Source: Terriglobia bacterium (lineage in GTDB: Bacteria; Acidobacteriota; Terriglobia; Bryobacterales; Bryobacteraceae). Taken from it: a DNA stretch of 64,000 nt. Shown in pieces: positions 47,886 through 58,146 of the stretch (position 1 is its first letter; every line of letters starts with the position of its first letter). Where the stretch lies: the NCBI GenBank assembly GCA_963705675.1, contig CAVPKR010000155.1:1089-65088 (forward strand), in the 5' to 3' direction. Position numbers and translations under genes: made by a program. The notes beneath the pieces are model-generated. The model was given only the letters and a program-made list of their open reading frames with translations. It searched no databases and had not been told where the DNA came from.

Positions 47886-50253
47886 ATGGACCTCAAGTTC
47901 GCCCTGCGATCGCTTCGAAAGAGTCCGGGGTTCACTGCGCTGGCCGTGCTGGTGATGGCGCTCGGGATGGGGGCGAACACCGCAGTTTTCAGCGTAGTTA
48001 ACGCGGTGCTGCTGCGGCCGCTGGGGTATCGCGATCCCGATCGGATCGTGGTGCTCACGTCGTCGTGGAAAAAAGGGGTGCTGGCTGGGGCGCTATCTAA
48101 ACAGGTTTCCGCACTGGACGCTCAGGATTGGCACGATCAAAGCAGCGCGTTCCAGTGGATGGCCTATTATGCGACCACGCAGGCTTCGGTGCTCGCCGGT
48201 GAGGCTGCTGCTTACGGGCGTGTGACCCAAGTTACGCCGGAGTTTTTTCGGGTTTTTGGAATCGAACCCGCCGCGGGGCGTATTTTCCCAAGCAGCGGGA
48301 CCGTGGTGATCAGCCACGCGTATTGGCGCAGCCAGTTTGAAGCCAATCCCAGCGCGATCGGACGCAGCGTGCGGATGTTCGAAAGGACCTTCACCGTGGC
48401 GGGCATTATGCCCGAGGGGTTTAACGATCCGGTGCATAGCGATCTCTGGCTGCCGATCGAAATGAAGGCTCAGAAGCCCGAATATCGCGCGGGGCTCAAT
48501 TACGAATGCATCGCGAGGCTCAAGCCGGGCGTGAGCGTGGAACAGGCACAGGCGCAGCTGACGTCCATCGCCACCCGGCTGACGCAGCGATATCCCAATA
48601 CGAACGAAGGCCGCGGCGTTTCTGTCACGCGATTGAGAGACGAGACGGTCAGCGAGGTTCGAACCACGCTGTATACTTTTGCTGGGAGCGGTGGGAGTGG
48701 TGCTGCTGATCGCGTGTGCGAACGTCGCGACGCTGCTGCTGGCCAAGGCGACGGGACGGGCGCGGGAAATGGCGATTCGCGCCGCGGTGGGGGCCACTCG
48801 CGGGCGGATTCTCCGGCAGTTGATCACAGAGAGCCTGGTGTTATCGGTCATGGCGGGCGGCGTGGGACTGGTAGTGGCGATATGGGGATCGAAGGCGCTG
48901 GTCGCCCTCGCGCCGGCCGGGGTGCCGAGGTTGGCCAGCACGTCCACCGACGGGTGGGTTCTGATGTTCAATTTCGCGATGGCGGTCGTCGCGAGCCTGC
49001 TGTTCGGCTTGGTTCCCGCAATTCACGCGTCTCGGACGGATTTGAATCAGATGCTGCGCCGTGGGGCGGGAAGTTTGAACTCGATGCGGTCCGCGCTGGT
49101 GATCGCGGAGATTGCGATGTCGGTGATCCTGCTGGCCGGTGCGGGATTGTTGATGAAGAGCTTCATCGCTCTGCGCGGTGTAACGCTCGGATTCCAGCCG
49201 GAAAACGTGCTAGTGATGAAGACGACAGTTCCGGCATCGAGCGATTCGGGCACTCGTCGCGCCAACCAGTTTTTCAAAGGACTGCTGGCTGACATGGCGA
49301 CATTGCCGGGCGTGGAGGCTGCGGGCGCGACCACCTCGCCTCCAGGGCATATCGAAACGTCGACGCTGTACTGGATCGATCGGATCCCTAAACAATTGGA
49401 CATGAGCGGGACGCCGGCGTTGGTATCGGTGGTCGCGCCGGGCACGTTCCATGCTCTGGGAATTCCCCTGAAGCAGGGACGCGATTTCAACGATTCCGAC
49501 GGTCCCGGGACGCCATTCACCGTCATCGTGAATGACGCGCTGGTGCGAAAATCGTTTGCTGGGCAGGATCCGATCGGCCGCACTATCTTTTGTCCTTCCG
49601 ATTCGCTCGACGGGATGAAGATTGCCGGCGTAGTGGGCGACGTTCGACAGGAGGGGCAGGCGTACGCGCCGCAGCCGGAATGCTACATGCCCTACCAGCA
49701 GCATCGCTACAACGGGACCACCCTTAGCGTAGTCGTCAAGACCGCGGGCGATCCGCGGGGGCTGATGGACTCCCTGCGCAAGATGGTGGCGAATCGCTCG
49801 CCCGAAGTGTCGGTGGATTTCACTACGATGGGAGCGCTGCTCGCCGGGAACGTCGCGCCGGATTGGTTCAGAACGCTGCTGCTGGGAATCTTCGCGGGCT
49901 TGGCCGTCTGCCTGGCGATGGCTGGGGTCTACGGGGTAATGGCGTATCTGGCGGCGCAGCGGACCAGCGAGATCGGTCTGCGGATGGCGCTGGGCGCGTC
50001 CCCAGGTAACGTGCTGCGGCTTATCTTGGGCCAGGGGATGACGCTCGCAATGATCGGTGTCGCGCTGGGTCTCGCGGGAGCTTTCTCGGTCTCGCGGCTG
50101 CTCACCAGCATGCTGTTCGAGGTGAAACCTGGAGATCCGGCGATCTATGCGTCGGTCGCGGCAATGGTGGCGGCAGTATCGTTCGTGGCCAGTTATCTGC
50201 CTGCGCGCGCGGCTGCAAGTGTAGACCCGCTGGTCGCGCTGCGCAATGAGTAG
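47886..50253 (+). CDS. ADOP-family MacB-like ABC transporter permease, frameshifted in a T run near 48678
   Basis: MDLKFALRSLRKSPGFTALAVLVMALGMGANTAVFSVVNAVLLRPLGY. ORFs 47859-49292 and 48679-50253 join as ...VRTTLYT-LLGAVGVVLLIACANVATLLLA. The C-terminus is VDPLVALRNE. Confidence 0.85.
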
Positions 50254-50276
50254 CCTGAATGCGCTAAAATCCTGCT

Positions 50277-51371
50277 TTGCGATCCGTGAATTCCCGCAGA
50301 GCTCTCGTTCCCCTCCTCGGCCTGCTGATCGCCGGAAATTTTCTTCCGGGACAAAGCAAGAAAGAAAAGAAAGAGCCTGTCACTCAGACCCTGCCGCTAC
50401 TTAAAGACCCGCCTACGGCTCTCGCCGCCGAGACCGCTCGATTGGAATTTCACGTTTCGCCGCTCTCCGCGAAAGGCCTGCTTTCCCCGCAAATTCGCGA
50501 GGCGCTGAAGGCGCTGTTCAATGAGAATCACGGCGCGACTATCGTCAAGCTGCGCGCATTCGTGGCCGGATCAGGCGATTTGCGGCGCGTGCAGACGCTG
50601 GTCAGCGAAATATTCAGCGATCGCAAAGTGAATCTTCCGGCGCTCAGTACGATTCAAGTGGGCGCGCTTCCGCTGGATGGCGCGCAGGTGATTTTCGAAA
50701 GTATCGCGACCGATAAGAAAGCCGTGAATCCGAATGGACTTGCGTTTTTCGCGGGTCAGCAATCGAAAGACGTGCGCCAGTCGATCCAGCAGCTCCAGAC
50801 CGCGGCTAAGGCGGCAGGGGTGGCTTCGAGCGAGATGCTGCGGGTCACTTGTTTCCTCAGCTCGATCGAGGATGTTTCCACGGCGCGCGGGGCGCTGACA
50901 GCGGCTTTCCCGAATGCGGCGGCGGATTATGTGCAACTTCAGCGGCTCGGTTTAGAACCGCTGGACGAATGCGAAGGAGTGGGACGCCTGGAAACCGCTC
51001 CCGCATCGGCGGTCGAGCTGGTCAATCCTCCGGGTTTGACGCAGAATCCGAACTACTCGCAGATCGCGCTGGTGAATGCGCCGAAAGTGATCCTCAGCGG
51101 GAGCCAGATGGTGTTCGGCGAACAAGAGTCGGATGTAGTCCTCGGATTCGAACGATTGGAGAAAGCGCTGGAGCCATTGGGAGTCACTTATAAAAACGTG
51201 TTCTGGTCAAGCACGTATCCGCTGGCGAAACCGGTGGCCGATAAAGTCCGCGCCTTGCGATTCAAGTATCTGGATCAGTCGCGGCCGCCCGCGAGCACCT
51301 TTTTGTTATTCGAAGGACTCCCGTCGCTGGACGCGAGCGTGGCGTTCGAGGTAATCGCCGCCCAAATGTGA
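50277..51371 (+). CDS. Secreted protein with three RidA/YjgF-like repeats in one chain
   Basis: Signal peptide, then three segments each ending in a RidA-like C-terminal pattern: ...LPALSTIQVGALPLDGAQVIFESIA; ...MLRVTCFLSSIEDV...; ...PPASTFLLFEGLPSLDASVAFEVIA. Confidence 0.45.
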   Translation: MRSVNSRRALVPLLGLLIAGNFLPGQSKKEKKEPVTQTLPLLKDPPTALAAETARLEFHVSPLSAKGLLSPQIREALKALFNENHGATIVKLRAFVAGSGDLRRVQTLVSEIFSDRKVNLPALSTIQVGALPLDGAQVIFESIATDKKAVNPNGLAFFAGQQSKDVRQSIQQLQTAAKAAGVASSEMLRVTCFLSSIEDVSTARGALTAAFPNAAADYVQLQRLGLEPLDECEGVGRLETAPASAVELVNPPGLTQNPNYSQIALVNAPKVILSGSQMVFGEQESDVVLGFERLEKALEPLGVTYKNVFWSSTYPLAKPVADKVRALRFKYLDQSRPPASTFLLFEGLPSLDASVAFEVIAAQM

Positions 51372-51383
51372 TCTAGCCGGATT

Positions 51384-51719
51384 CTAGCCGTGCTGGGCGG
51401 AAGTGCGGATCACAGGGTGCGAGGCGACAATCTGGCGGATCATGGTTCCGTGCAGTTGTGAAGCAATGGACAGAAAGGCCTCGCGAGCTTCTTCATGCGT
51501 AGTCGCCGCGCTGGCGATGCGAGATGTGCGGTCCTCGTCAGACAGGCCCGCGGGAAGGCTTATGAGCACTGCGTTGAAAGCCGCCGAGGACGCCTTCATT
51601 TTCGCGGAGGCCGTCTGAAACGCAGCCAACAGGGTGGCGTAGTCGCTTGCGGCAACTTTGTCTTTGCCTGCAGCTAATTCGTCATTCTGGACCGGGGATT
51701 CTTGAAGGCCAAGCATCAT
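51384..51719 (-). CDS. Hypothetical protein
   Basis: 111-aa Ala-rich ORF with plausible codon usage. I recognise no family. Confidence 0.35.
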   Translation of the reverse strand: MMLGLQESPVQNDELAAGKDKVAASDYATLLAAFQTASAKMKASSAAFNAVLISLPAGLSDEDRTSRIASAATTHEEAREAFLSIASQLHGTMIRQIVASHPVIRTSAQHG

Positions 51720-51864
51720 CGCGATGACTCCGGTGGGACCGGACGCGTAGTCAAGACTCGAAGTCCGCGCCCAGGTTCAGATTACCCGCAAGATGCTCTT
51801 GTGAATAGCTGGACAAGTGTCCAGGTTACGGGGTCAAAGTAGGGACTAGGCCCTCGCCTGATGC

Positions 51865-52494
51865 TTACTGGACCAGTCCTTCGTCCAGGGCGTACTTGGT
51901 GAGCTGCGCCGTGCTCGATAAACCGAGCTTGTGTTTTAGATTATTTTTATGGAAAGCGACGGTTTTTTCGGAGATGGCGGCAGCGTACGCGATCTCCTTA
52001 CGGCTCTTTCCTTCCGCGATCAACTGGAGGATCTCGCGCTCACGGGCGCTCAGACGAAGTTTGTCGGCCGCGTGGCTGGAATCCGCGATCCCGCTGGCCC
52101 TGTCGCCGCCAACGCCTGGAGTGATATACAAATTTCCGGCGAGGACCGCCTCGACCGCCGCCAGAATCTCCGTGCGGCCAGACGACTTCACCGCGAACCC
52201 GTTCGCGCCTGCCTCAAGCGCCGCTTGCAGATAGGTTGGCCGCGTATGCATGGTGACGAACAACAGCTTCATGTCGGGCAGATGTTTGCGAATCTCGCGC
52301 GCGGCATCGATTCCGTTTAGTAACGGCATCGTGATGTCCAGGATGATCAGATCCGGTTTCAGACGAATGGCCGCTTCCACCAGCGCTTTCCCGTCTTCCA
52401 TGGAACCCACCACGTTATAGGGCTGGAGCAGATTGCGGATCCCGTCCAGCATCAAAGCATGGTCATCCGCTAGCAGAATGAGCGCGCGCTTCAT
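51865..52494 (-). CDS. NarL/LuxR-family response regulator
   Basis: The receiver is ALILLADDHALMLDG...DLIILDITMPLLNGIDA. The HTH is LSAREREILQLIAEGKSRKEIAYAAAISEKTVAFHKNNLKHKLG. Confidence 0.9.
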   Translation of the reverse strand: MKRALILLADDHALMLDGIRNLLQPYNVVGSMEDGKALVEAAIRLKPDLIILDITMPLLNGIDAAREIRKHLPDMKLLFVTMHTRPTYLQAALEAGANGFAVKSSGRTEILAAVEAVLAGNLYITPGVGGDRASGIADSSHAADKLRLSAREREILQLIAEGKSRKEIAYAAAISEKTVAFHKNNLKHKLGLSSTAQLTKYALDEGLVQ

Positions 52495-55400
52495 GGCTCC
52501 GCCGGCAACGGTACTTCGACTAGCACCGTCGTCCCATGTCCCGGTTTGGATTCAATCGACAGCTTGCCGCCCATCATCTTCGCCCGCTCCGTCATGCTGA
52601 CCATGCCCAGCCCGCCTCTACCTTTCACGGCCGCGGGATCGAAGCCCACGCCGTTGTCTTCGACAGACATCCTTAAACGGTGATCCGGAATGGCCAGATT
52701 CACGGTGACTTGCCCCGCCCTGGCGTATTTGGCCACATTTTGCAGGCTCTCCTGCGCGATCCGGTAAACGCCGGACGCGATGCTCAAAGGAACCGAATCC
52801 GGCAGCTTGCCGGCGGTGAACTTTACCGGAATATCCTCCGCCGCTGAAAAATCGCCACACAATGCTTTAAGGGAGATGGTCAGCCCCAGGTCGTCCACCA
52901 CGGACGGATGCAGTTCGTAGGCGATGTGCCGCGCCTTTTCCGAGGTTTCGATCACGCGCCCTTCGAGAGCCTTCAGACGCGTTCGCGTGGATGCGACCGT
53001 ATCGGGTTCGCTTGCCAACGCTTCTACATCCAGAGCCAACGAAGCCAGTTGCTGGCACAAGCTGTCATGCAATTCTCGCGAAACCCGGCGCCGTTCTTCT
53101 TCCTGCGCCGTCAGCAACTGTGCCGCCAGCGCGCCAATCTCGGTCCGGTAGATGTCCGATTGCTTCTCCAGACGACGCCGTTCGGTGACGTCCACAAAAA
53201 CGCGACTGCCAGCCGCCGCTCAGTACGCTCGATGGTACTGAAGGTAGCTTCAACCGGAAAAACGGCACCGTCACGACGGCGTGCTTCGAGGCCGATTCCT
53301 ATACCCGCCCGCTCTTACGAGCGCCTAAAAATCCTTGCAGAATTTCGGAGGTATGCTGCCGGGGGCTCTCCGGAAGCAAAAAGCGGAGAGGCTGGCCGAC
53401 GATCTGATCCCGGCGGTAACCGAACATCTTTTCCGCTCCGCTATTCACCAGCACGATCTTTTCGTCAACGCCGGCCGCGACAATGGCCTGTCCCGACGAC
53501 TCCAGCAGCGCGCTCGCATAATCGCGCGACTGGCGAGCTTCCTCGAGCAACGGACGTTTGATCAGGTCAATGTCCAGCAGGACCACGATCACGCCGTCGA
53601 TCTTATTATCGCCGGTACGGTACGGACGCAGACGCAGCAGGTACCAGTAACCGTTACGGTCTTTGACCTCGCGTTCGATCGGGCGAACCTGGTCAGTAAC
53701 CTCGCCGACCCATTTTTCCCAATCGGGCATCTGGAAAGTGGACGCGATGTCGCTGAAGGGCCGTCCCACGTCGGATTCGAGCAGATTCAGCAGTTTTCCC
53801 GCGACCGGAGTGAAGCGGCGGATGTGCAGGCTCCCGTCGAGAACCAGCACCGAAATCTGGACCCCCACCAGCAGGTTGTTCAGGTCGTTGGTCAGGACGC
53901 TCAGCTCGGAGTTGCGGTGGCGCAGCTCTTCATTGAGCGTGATCAGCTCCTCGTTCGAGCTCTGGAGCTCTTCCTTCGCGGTTTCCAGCTCCTCGTTCGT
54001 GCTCTGCAGTTCTTCGTTGCTCGACAGAGCCTCCTCGCTGGCCGCTTTCATCTCCTCCTGCGCGGCTTCATGCTCGGCGATCAAAGTGCGCATGTATTCG
54101 CGCGCGGAAACCAATTCCTTCTCCAGGCGGGAGGCCGGTAGTTCCTTTTGCGTACGCTTGCGCTCAGCCGGAGCGTGGGCATGCTCCGTTTCCTTGAAAA
54201 CGATCAGGAAATCCGGTTTCTGCGCGGCATTTTTGTGGAGCAGCGACACATCGATGCGAACGTTTCCAGGATGCCCCTTGTGCGGATACGGGATCACATC
54301 GGTCGACACCATGGTTCCTTGACGCTTCGCCTGCGAGATGGCGCTGCGAATTTCGACCACAAACTCCGGACGGATTATTTTAAACAGGTGATAGGCGGGC
54401 GGGCCCGTGGAAAGAGCCAGATAGGGACTGGTGTCGCCTTGAAAATGAACCACCCGCAGATCGGAATCCACCACCAGAGCAGGCGGCACGTAGCGGTGCA
54501 GCAGAATTCGTTCGGCTTCCTTCTGATGATCCATCAGTGGAGCGGCCAGAGCGATCTTGGGCTGCCCGGTCCGGTGCTCTTTCTGTTCGCCACTCAGCCA
54601 GTCGAAGCGGGATGCCAGCGGAGCACCCTCCTTGCGGGAGAAGATCTTGTGGGTATGGTCCTCAGGACGTAAAGATGTTCGCAAACGCGCTGATCGCCTC
54701 GGATTTTCCGAGCATAAGGGCACCGCCGGGCTTCAGCGCGTAATGGAAAATTCCTAAGACCCGCTTCTGTAGAGCCGTCCCCATGTAAATCAGGACATTC
54801 CGGCAACTGATCAGGTCAAGTTTCGAAAACGGAGGATCGTTGGCCAGGTCATGCCGCGCGAACACACACAGGTCGCGCACGGATTTGTTGATCTGGTAGC
54901 CATGGTCGGCTTTGACGAAAAAGCGCTTAAGGCGCGCGGCCGATACACCATGCACTGCGGCTTCCGAGTAGATTCCGACGCGCGCATGCTCGATCGCGCG
55001 CTCACTGATGTCGGTGCCGAACATCTGAATCCTCAGCCGGCTGGCGTGCGCGCCCAGATCCTCGAGCAGCAGCATCGCAATAGTGTAAACTTCCTCGCCC
55101 GTCGAACAGCCGGGGACCCAGATGCGGATCGCGTCCTCAGGCGGCCGTTTACCACGAAGCTTCGGAAAGACCTGTTTTCGGAGCGCCTGAAAGCACTCGG
55201 CGTCGCGGAAGAATCCGGTGACGTGGATGAAGATATCGGCCGCCGCAGCCTCCGCCTCACTACGGTCCTGCTTCAGGAACTGCGCATATTTGTTGAGCGA
55301 GTCGATTCTCTGCAAAGCCATCCGGCGCGCCAGACGGCGGCGGACCGTATGCTGCTTGTACCAATGGAAGTCCAAGCCAGTGGCGGAGCGGAGCAGTTGA

Positions 55401-56185
55401 TAAATCTTCTCGAGCCCGTCGCCCTCGGGAGCTTCCCGGTTCTGCTCCAGTACGTACGGATGGTGTGCGATGCGCACCAGCTCGGCGGCGATTCGGGTGG
55501 GCGTCAGCACAAAGTCCACCGCGCCAGCCGCGATGGCGCTCATCGGCATGGCCGACCATTCTGCGGTTTTAGGATCCTGCGCGAAAGTCACGCCTCCTTC
55601 GGCCTTGATCTCCTTGAGACCTTGCGTCCCGTCCGTTCCGCTGCCCGATAGGATCACGCCGATGGCCGCGCTGGTCTGCTCCTGGGCTAAGGCCGCGTAG
55701 AATTCGTCGATGGGATGATGCGGGCTGGGGGTCCCTTCGCGCGGCATCAGCTTGAGCGCGCCGCCGCTCACAATCATGCTCTTGTTCGGTGGAATCACGT
55801 AGACGTGATCCGGCTGGACCACAATTCCGTCGGTCACTTCCCGCACAGGCATGGAGGTGGCCTTCGAGAGGAGCTGGGTCAGCGCGCTGGGGTGCTGCGG
55901 GTCAAGATGCTGGATCAGCACAAAGCCCAGTCCTGAATGGGCGGGCAGCGCCTTCAGTAGCGCGGTTAAAGCTCCCAATCCACCCGCAGAGGCGCCTACG
56001 CCGACAATCGGTACGGGACCTGTTACAACGGAATGGCTTTCAGGGCGTGGATCCTTCGACCGCCCCCGTTTGGATTTTGACGCGATGGTTTTTTTCTGAA
56101 TCGCCACGCTTCGCCGCTGACCGGCATTCTGCCCGCAAGGGCTTTCTGAAAGATACCACTCCTGACGTGCGCTAGCGGGACACAC
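52491..56185 (-). CDS. CheB-methylesterase / CheR-methyltransferase / PAS / HisKA_3 histidine kinase fusion, read across about 3 frameshifts (~54670, ~53310, ~53200)
   Basis: ORF 54662-56185 has CheB-like VGVGASAGGLGAL...GSGTDGTQGLKEIKAEGGVTFAQDP and CheR-like FFRDAECFQAL, IRIWVPGCSTGEEVYTIAMLL. ORF 53299-54723 has a coiled coil (NEELQSTNEELETAKEELQSSNEEL) and PAS domains. A bridging frame reads GLEARRRDGAVFPVEATFSTIERTERRLAVAF. ORF 52491-53195 is the kinase core (RRRVSRELHDSLCQQLASL; GGLGMVSMTERA). The exact start is uncertain. Confidence 0.75.
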
Positions 56186-56752
56186 CCCTCGGCGGAATCG
56201 CGAGTACGTCGCGCACGCTTCCTAACAGCGCGCGCGCACCCACCGGTTTTTCGAGGAAGGTCAAGTTACCCCGCCCCCCGGCTTCCAGAAATTCGTGGTC
56301 CAACGAGTCGGTTAGAGCGATAATCTTCACGTCGGGAAACGTCGCTTTCACCGCCCGCATAGCCGTAAGCTCCGATTCATTTGCGCAATTCAGATTCGCA
56401 ATCACCAAATCGACATGATCCGCCGCCGCCTCATGCTGGTTGGAGGCTTCGTGAATCCGGTAGCCTTCCCGTTCAAGCAGCCGGCGGAAAGCCGGCGCAA
56501 GGTCTGGTCGTCATCGAGGAGAAGAATCGAGCTCGGGATACGGACCGGTCCCTCGACCGCCAATTCCGCAATCGGAGCCGGCGGCGATTCGTGATCCTCC
56601 CGAAATGACCATCGATAAAACCGCGCTCGACACTTGCGGCAGCGAAACGGAGCGACAAATGCGATCCGCAGGACGCCATCGATCATGCCTTTCCGGTTGG
56701 CTGTGCGCACACTGCTCCACCCGCAATTCGGACATGTCCTGGCCTTAAGCAT
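56172..56752 (-). CDS. Zinc-ribbon + receiver-domain response regulator, frameshifted near 56490
   Basis: MLKARTCPNCGWSS...FRCRKCRARFY, then SSILLLDDDQTL. After a 1-nt shift the text reads FRRLLEREGYRIHEASNQHEAAADHVDLVIANLNCANESELTAMRAVKATFPDVKIIALT...FLEKP. Confidence 0.65.
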
Positions 56753-56845
56753 CTGCTATGCTCATTCAGATGCTGAAACTCACTAGCTCGTTTCCCCTCT
56801 TTAGATGGAGGTAAAACTGCTAGCCTATCGGCCAAGGAGCTTACC

Positions 56846-57001
56846 GTGTCCGACACCACAAAATGCGCACATCCCGCCTGTCAATGTCTTGTAACCAGCG
56901 AGACCTATTGCAGTCAATATTGTAAAGACGCCGGCGACGACGAAGTGGAGATCGCTTGCGATTGCGGCCATCCCGCTTGCGACGACCTGGCAACCCAGTA
57001 A
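56846..57001 (+). CDS. Small (51 aa) Cys-rich metallothionein-like protein; absent from the ORF track
   Basis: AAGGAG lies 6 nt before GTG 56846. My own translation is VSDTTKCAHPACQCLVTSETYCSQYCKDAGDDEVEIACDCGHPACDDLATQ*. It has 9 Cys and 2 His, in a pattern reminiscent of SmtA/BmtA-type bacterial metallothioneins (KCA..C.C.V...YCS..C...C.C.H..C). Confidence 0.5.
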   Translation: MSDTTKCAHPACQCLVTSETYCSQYCKDAGDDEVEIACDCGHPACDDLATQ

Positions 57002-57018
57002 TTTCTACACGCAACGCA

Positions 57019-58146
57019 TCAAAGGGGGATCTTAAACTGAAAATTAGATCCCTTTCCTAACTCAGATTCCACCCAGATGTTCCCGCCGTAACGCTCCACA
57101 ATCCGCCGGCAGATCGCGAGTCCGACGCCGGTTCCCGGGTACTTGGTGTTGGTATGAAGACGTTTGAAGATCTCGAAAATCTGCCCGTGATACTCCGAGG
57201 GAATACCGATCCCATTGTCCTGGATGGAGTAAAAGCACCAGCCTTTCTCGGTCTTGGTGGTGATTCGAATCTCCGGCGCCTGCTCGCTTCGATACTTAAT
57301 CGCATTACCGATCAGGTTCTGAAACAACTGCTGAAGGTGAACTTCCTTGATCCGCAGCCGGCAAAGCTTATCGTAGTTGACCGAGGCCCCGCTGCTCCGA
57401 ATCACCAGTTGCAAGCTCGCTAGCGCGAGTTCGAGCGGCGGCCCGGGGTCGACGGCGTCGTGTACGGCATCCTCGATGGCGGAGGCTTCTGTGTACGTCA
57501 GCAGATCGTTCACCAGGGTTTCCATCCGCATCGCACCGGTTCTGACATACTCCAGGAACAGCCGCGCCTGATCGTCCAGCGCGTGCCGGTAGCGATTCGC
57601 AATCAGCTCCGTATAAACCGCGATGTTCCGGATGGGCTCCCGCAAATCGTGGCTGGCCGAATGCGCGAATTGTTCCAGGTCCGCATTCACCTGAGCCAGC
57701 GCTTCCTGGCGATGCCGGGTCTCATATTGCCGCATGCGGGCTCGAAGGGCGGCGCGTAGAGCGCCTTTTACCGTATCCGGGCGAACGGGGCGCTCCAGCA
57801 GCGTCATATTCCCCAACGATTCCAGCTCGCGAGCCTTCTGGCTGTTGGTCGGACTTGGACGGCCGCCCGACGTCAACACCACGAACGGAAAATCCGACCA
57901 CGACGGTTGCGACTTCAGCCAATCCGACAACCTCTCCAGGGCTGGAGCGGATAATGCCTCTTCGGCAACGATCGCGGCCGCGGCCCCTTCACTGAGGTTT
58001 GACAGGAGCGTCTCCGAATTCAGGCAGGTCGAGGGGACCAAGCCTCCGCCCGACAAGGTTTCTGAGATGAGCCGCGCATCCCGCCCGGTCGGCGCCAGAA
58101 CCAGAATGCGAGCCTCGGCTTCGGTTCTGAGGTACATAACCATCAC
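57019..58146 (-). CDS. Histidine kinase with an N-terminal receiver-like domain
   Basis: ARILVLAPTGRDARLISETL... is the receiver-like region. The H-box is FAHSASHDLREPIRNI. HATPase motifs are NLIGNAIKY, IQDNGIGI and GTGVGLAICRRIV. The start overlaps the KaiC-like stop by 4 nt. Confidence 0.85.
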   Translation of the reverse strand: MMVMYLRTEAEARILVLAPTGRDARLISETLSGGGLVPSTCLNSETLLSNLSEGAAAAIVAEEALSAPALERLSDWLKSQPSWSDFPFVVLTSGGRPSPTNSQKARELESLGNMTLLERPVRPDTVKGALRAALRARMRQYETRHRQEALAQVNADLEQFAHSASHDLREPIRNIAVYTELIANRYRHALDDQARLFLEYVRTGAMRMETLVNDLLTYTEASAIEDAVHDAVDPGPPLELALASLQLVIRSSGASVNYDKLCRLRIKEVHLQQLFQNLIGNAIKYRSEQAPEIRITTKTEKGWCFYSIQDNGIGIPSEYHGQIFEIFKRLHTNTKYPGTGVGLAICRRIVERYGGNIWVESELGKGSNFQFKIPL

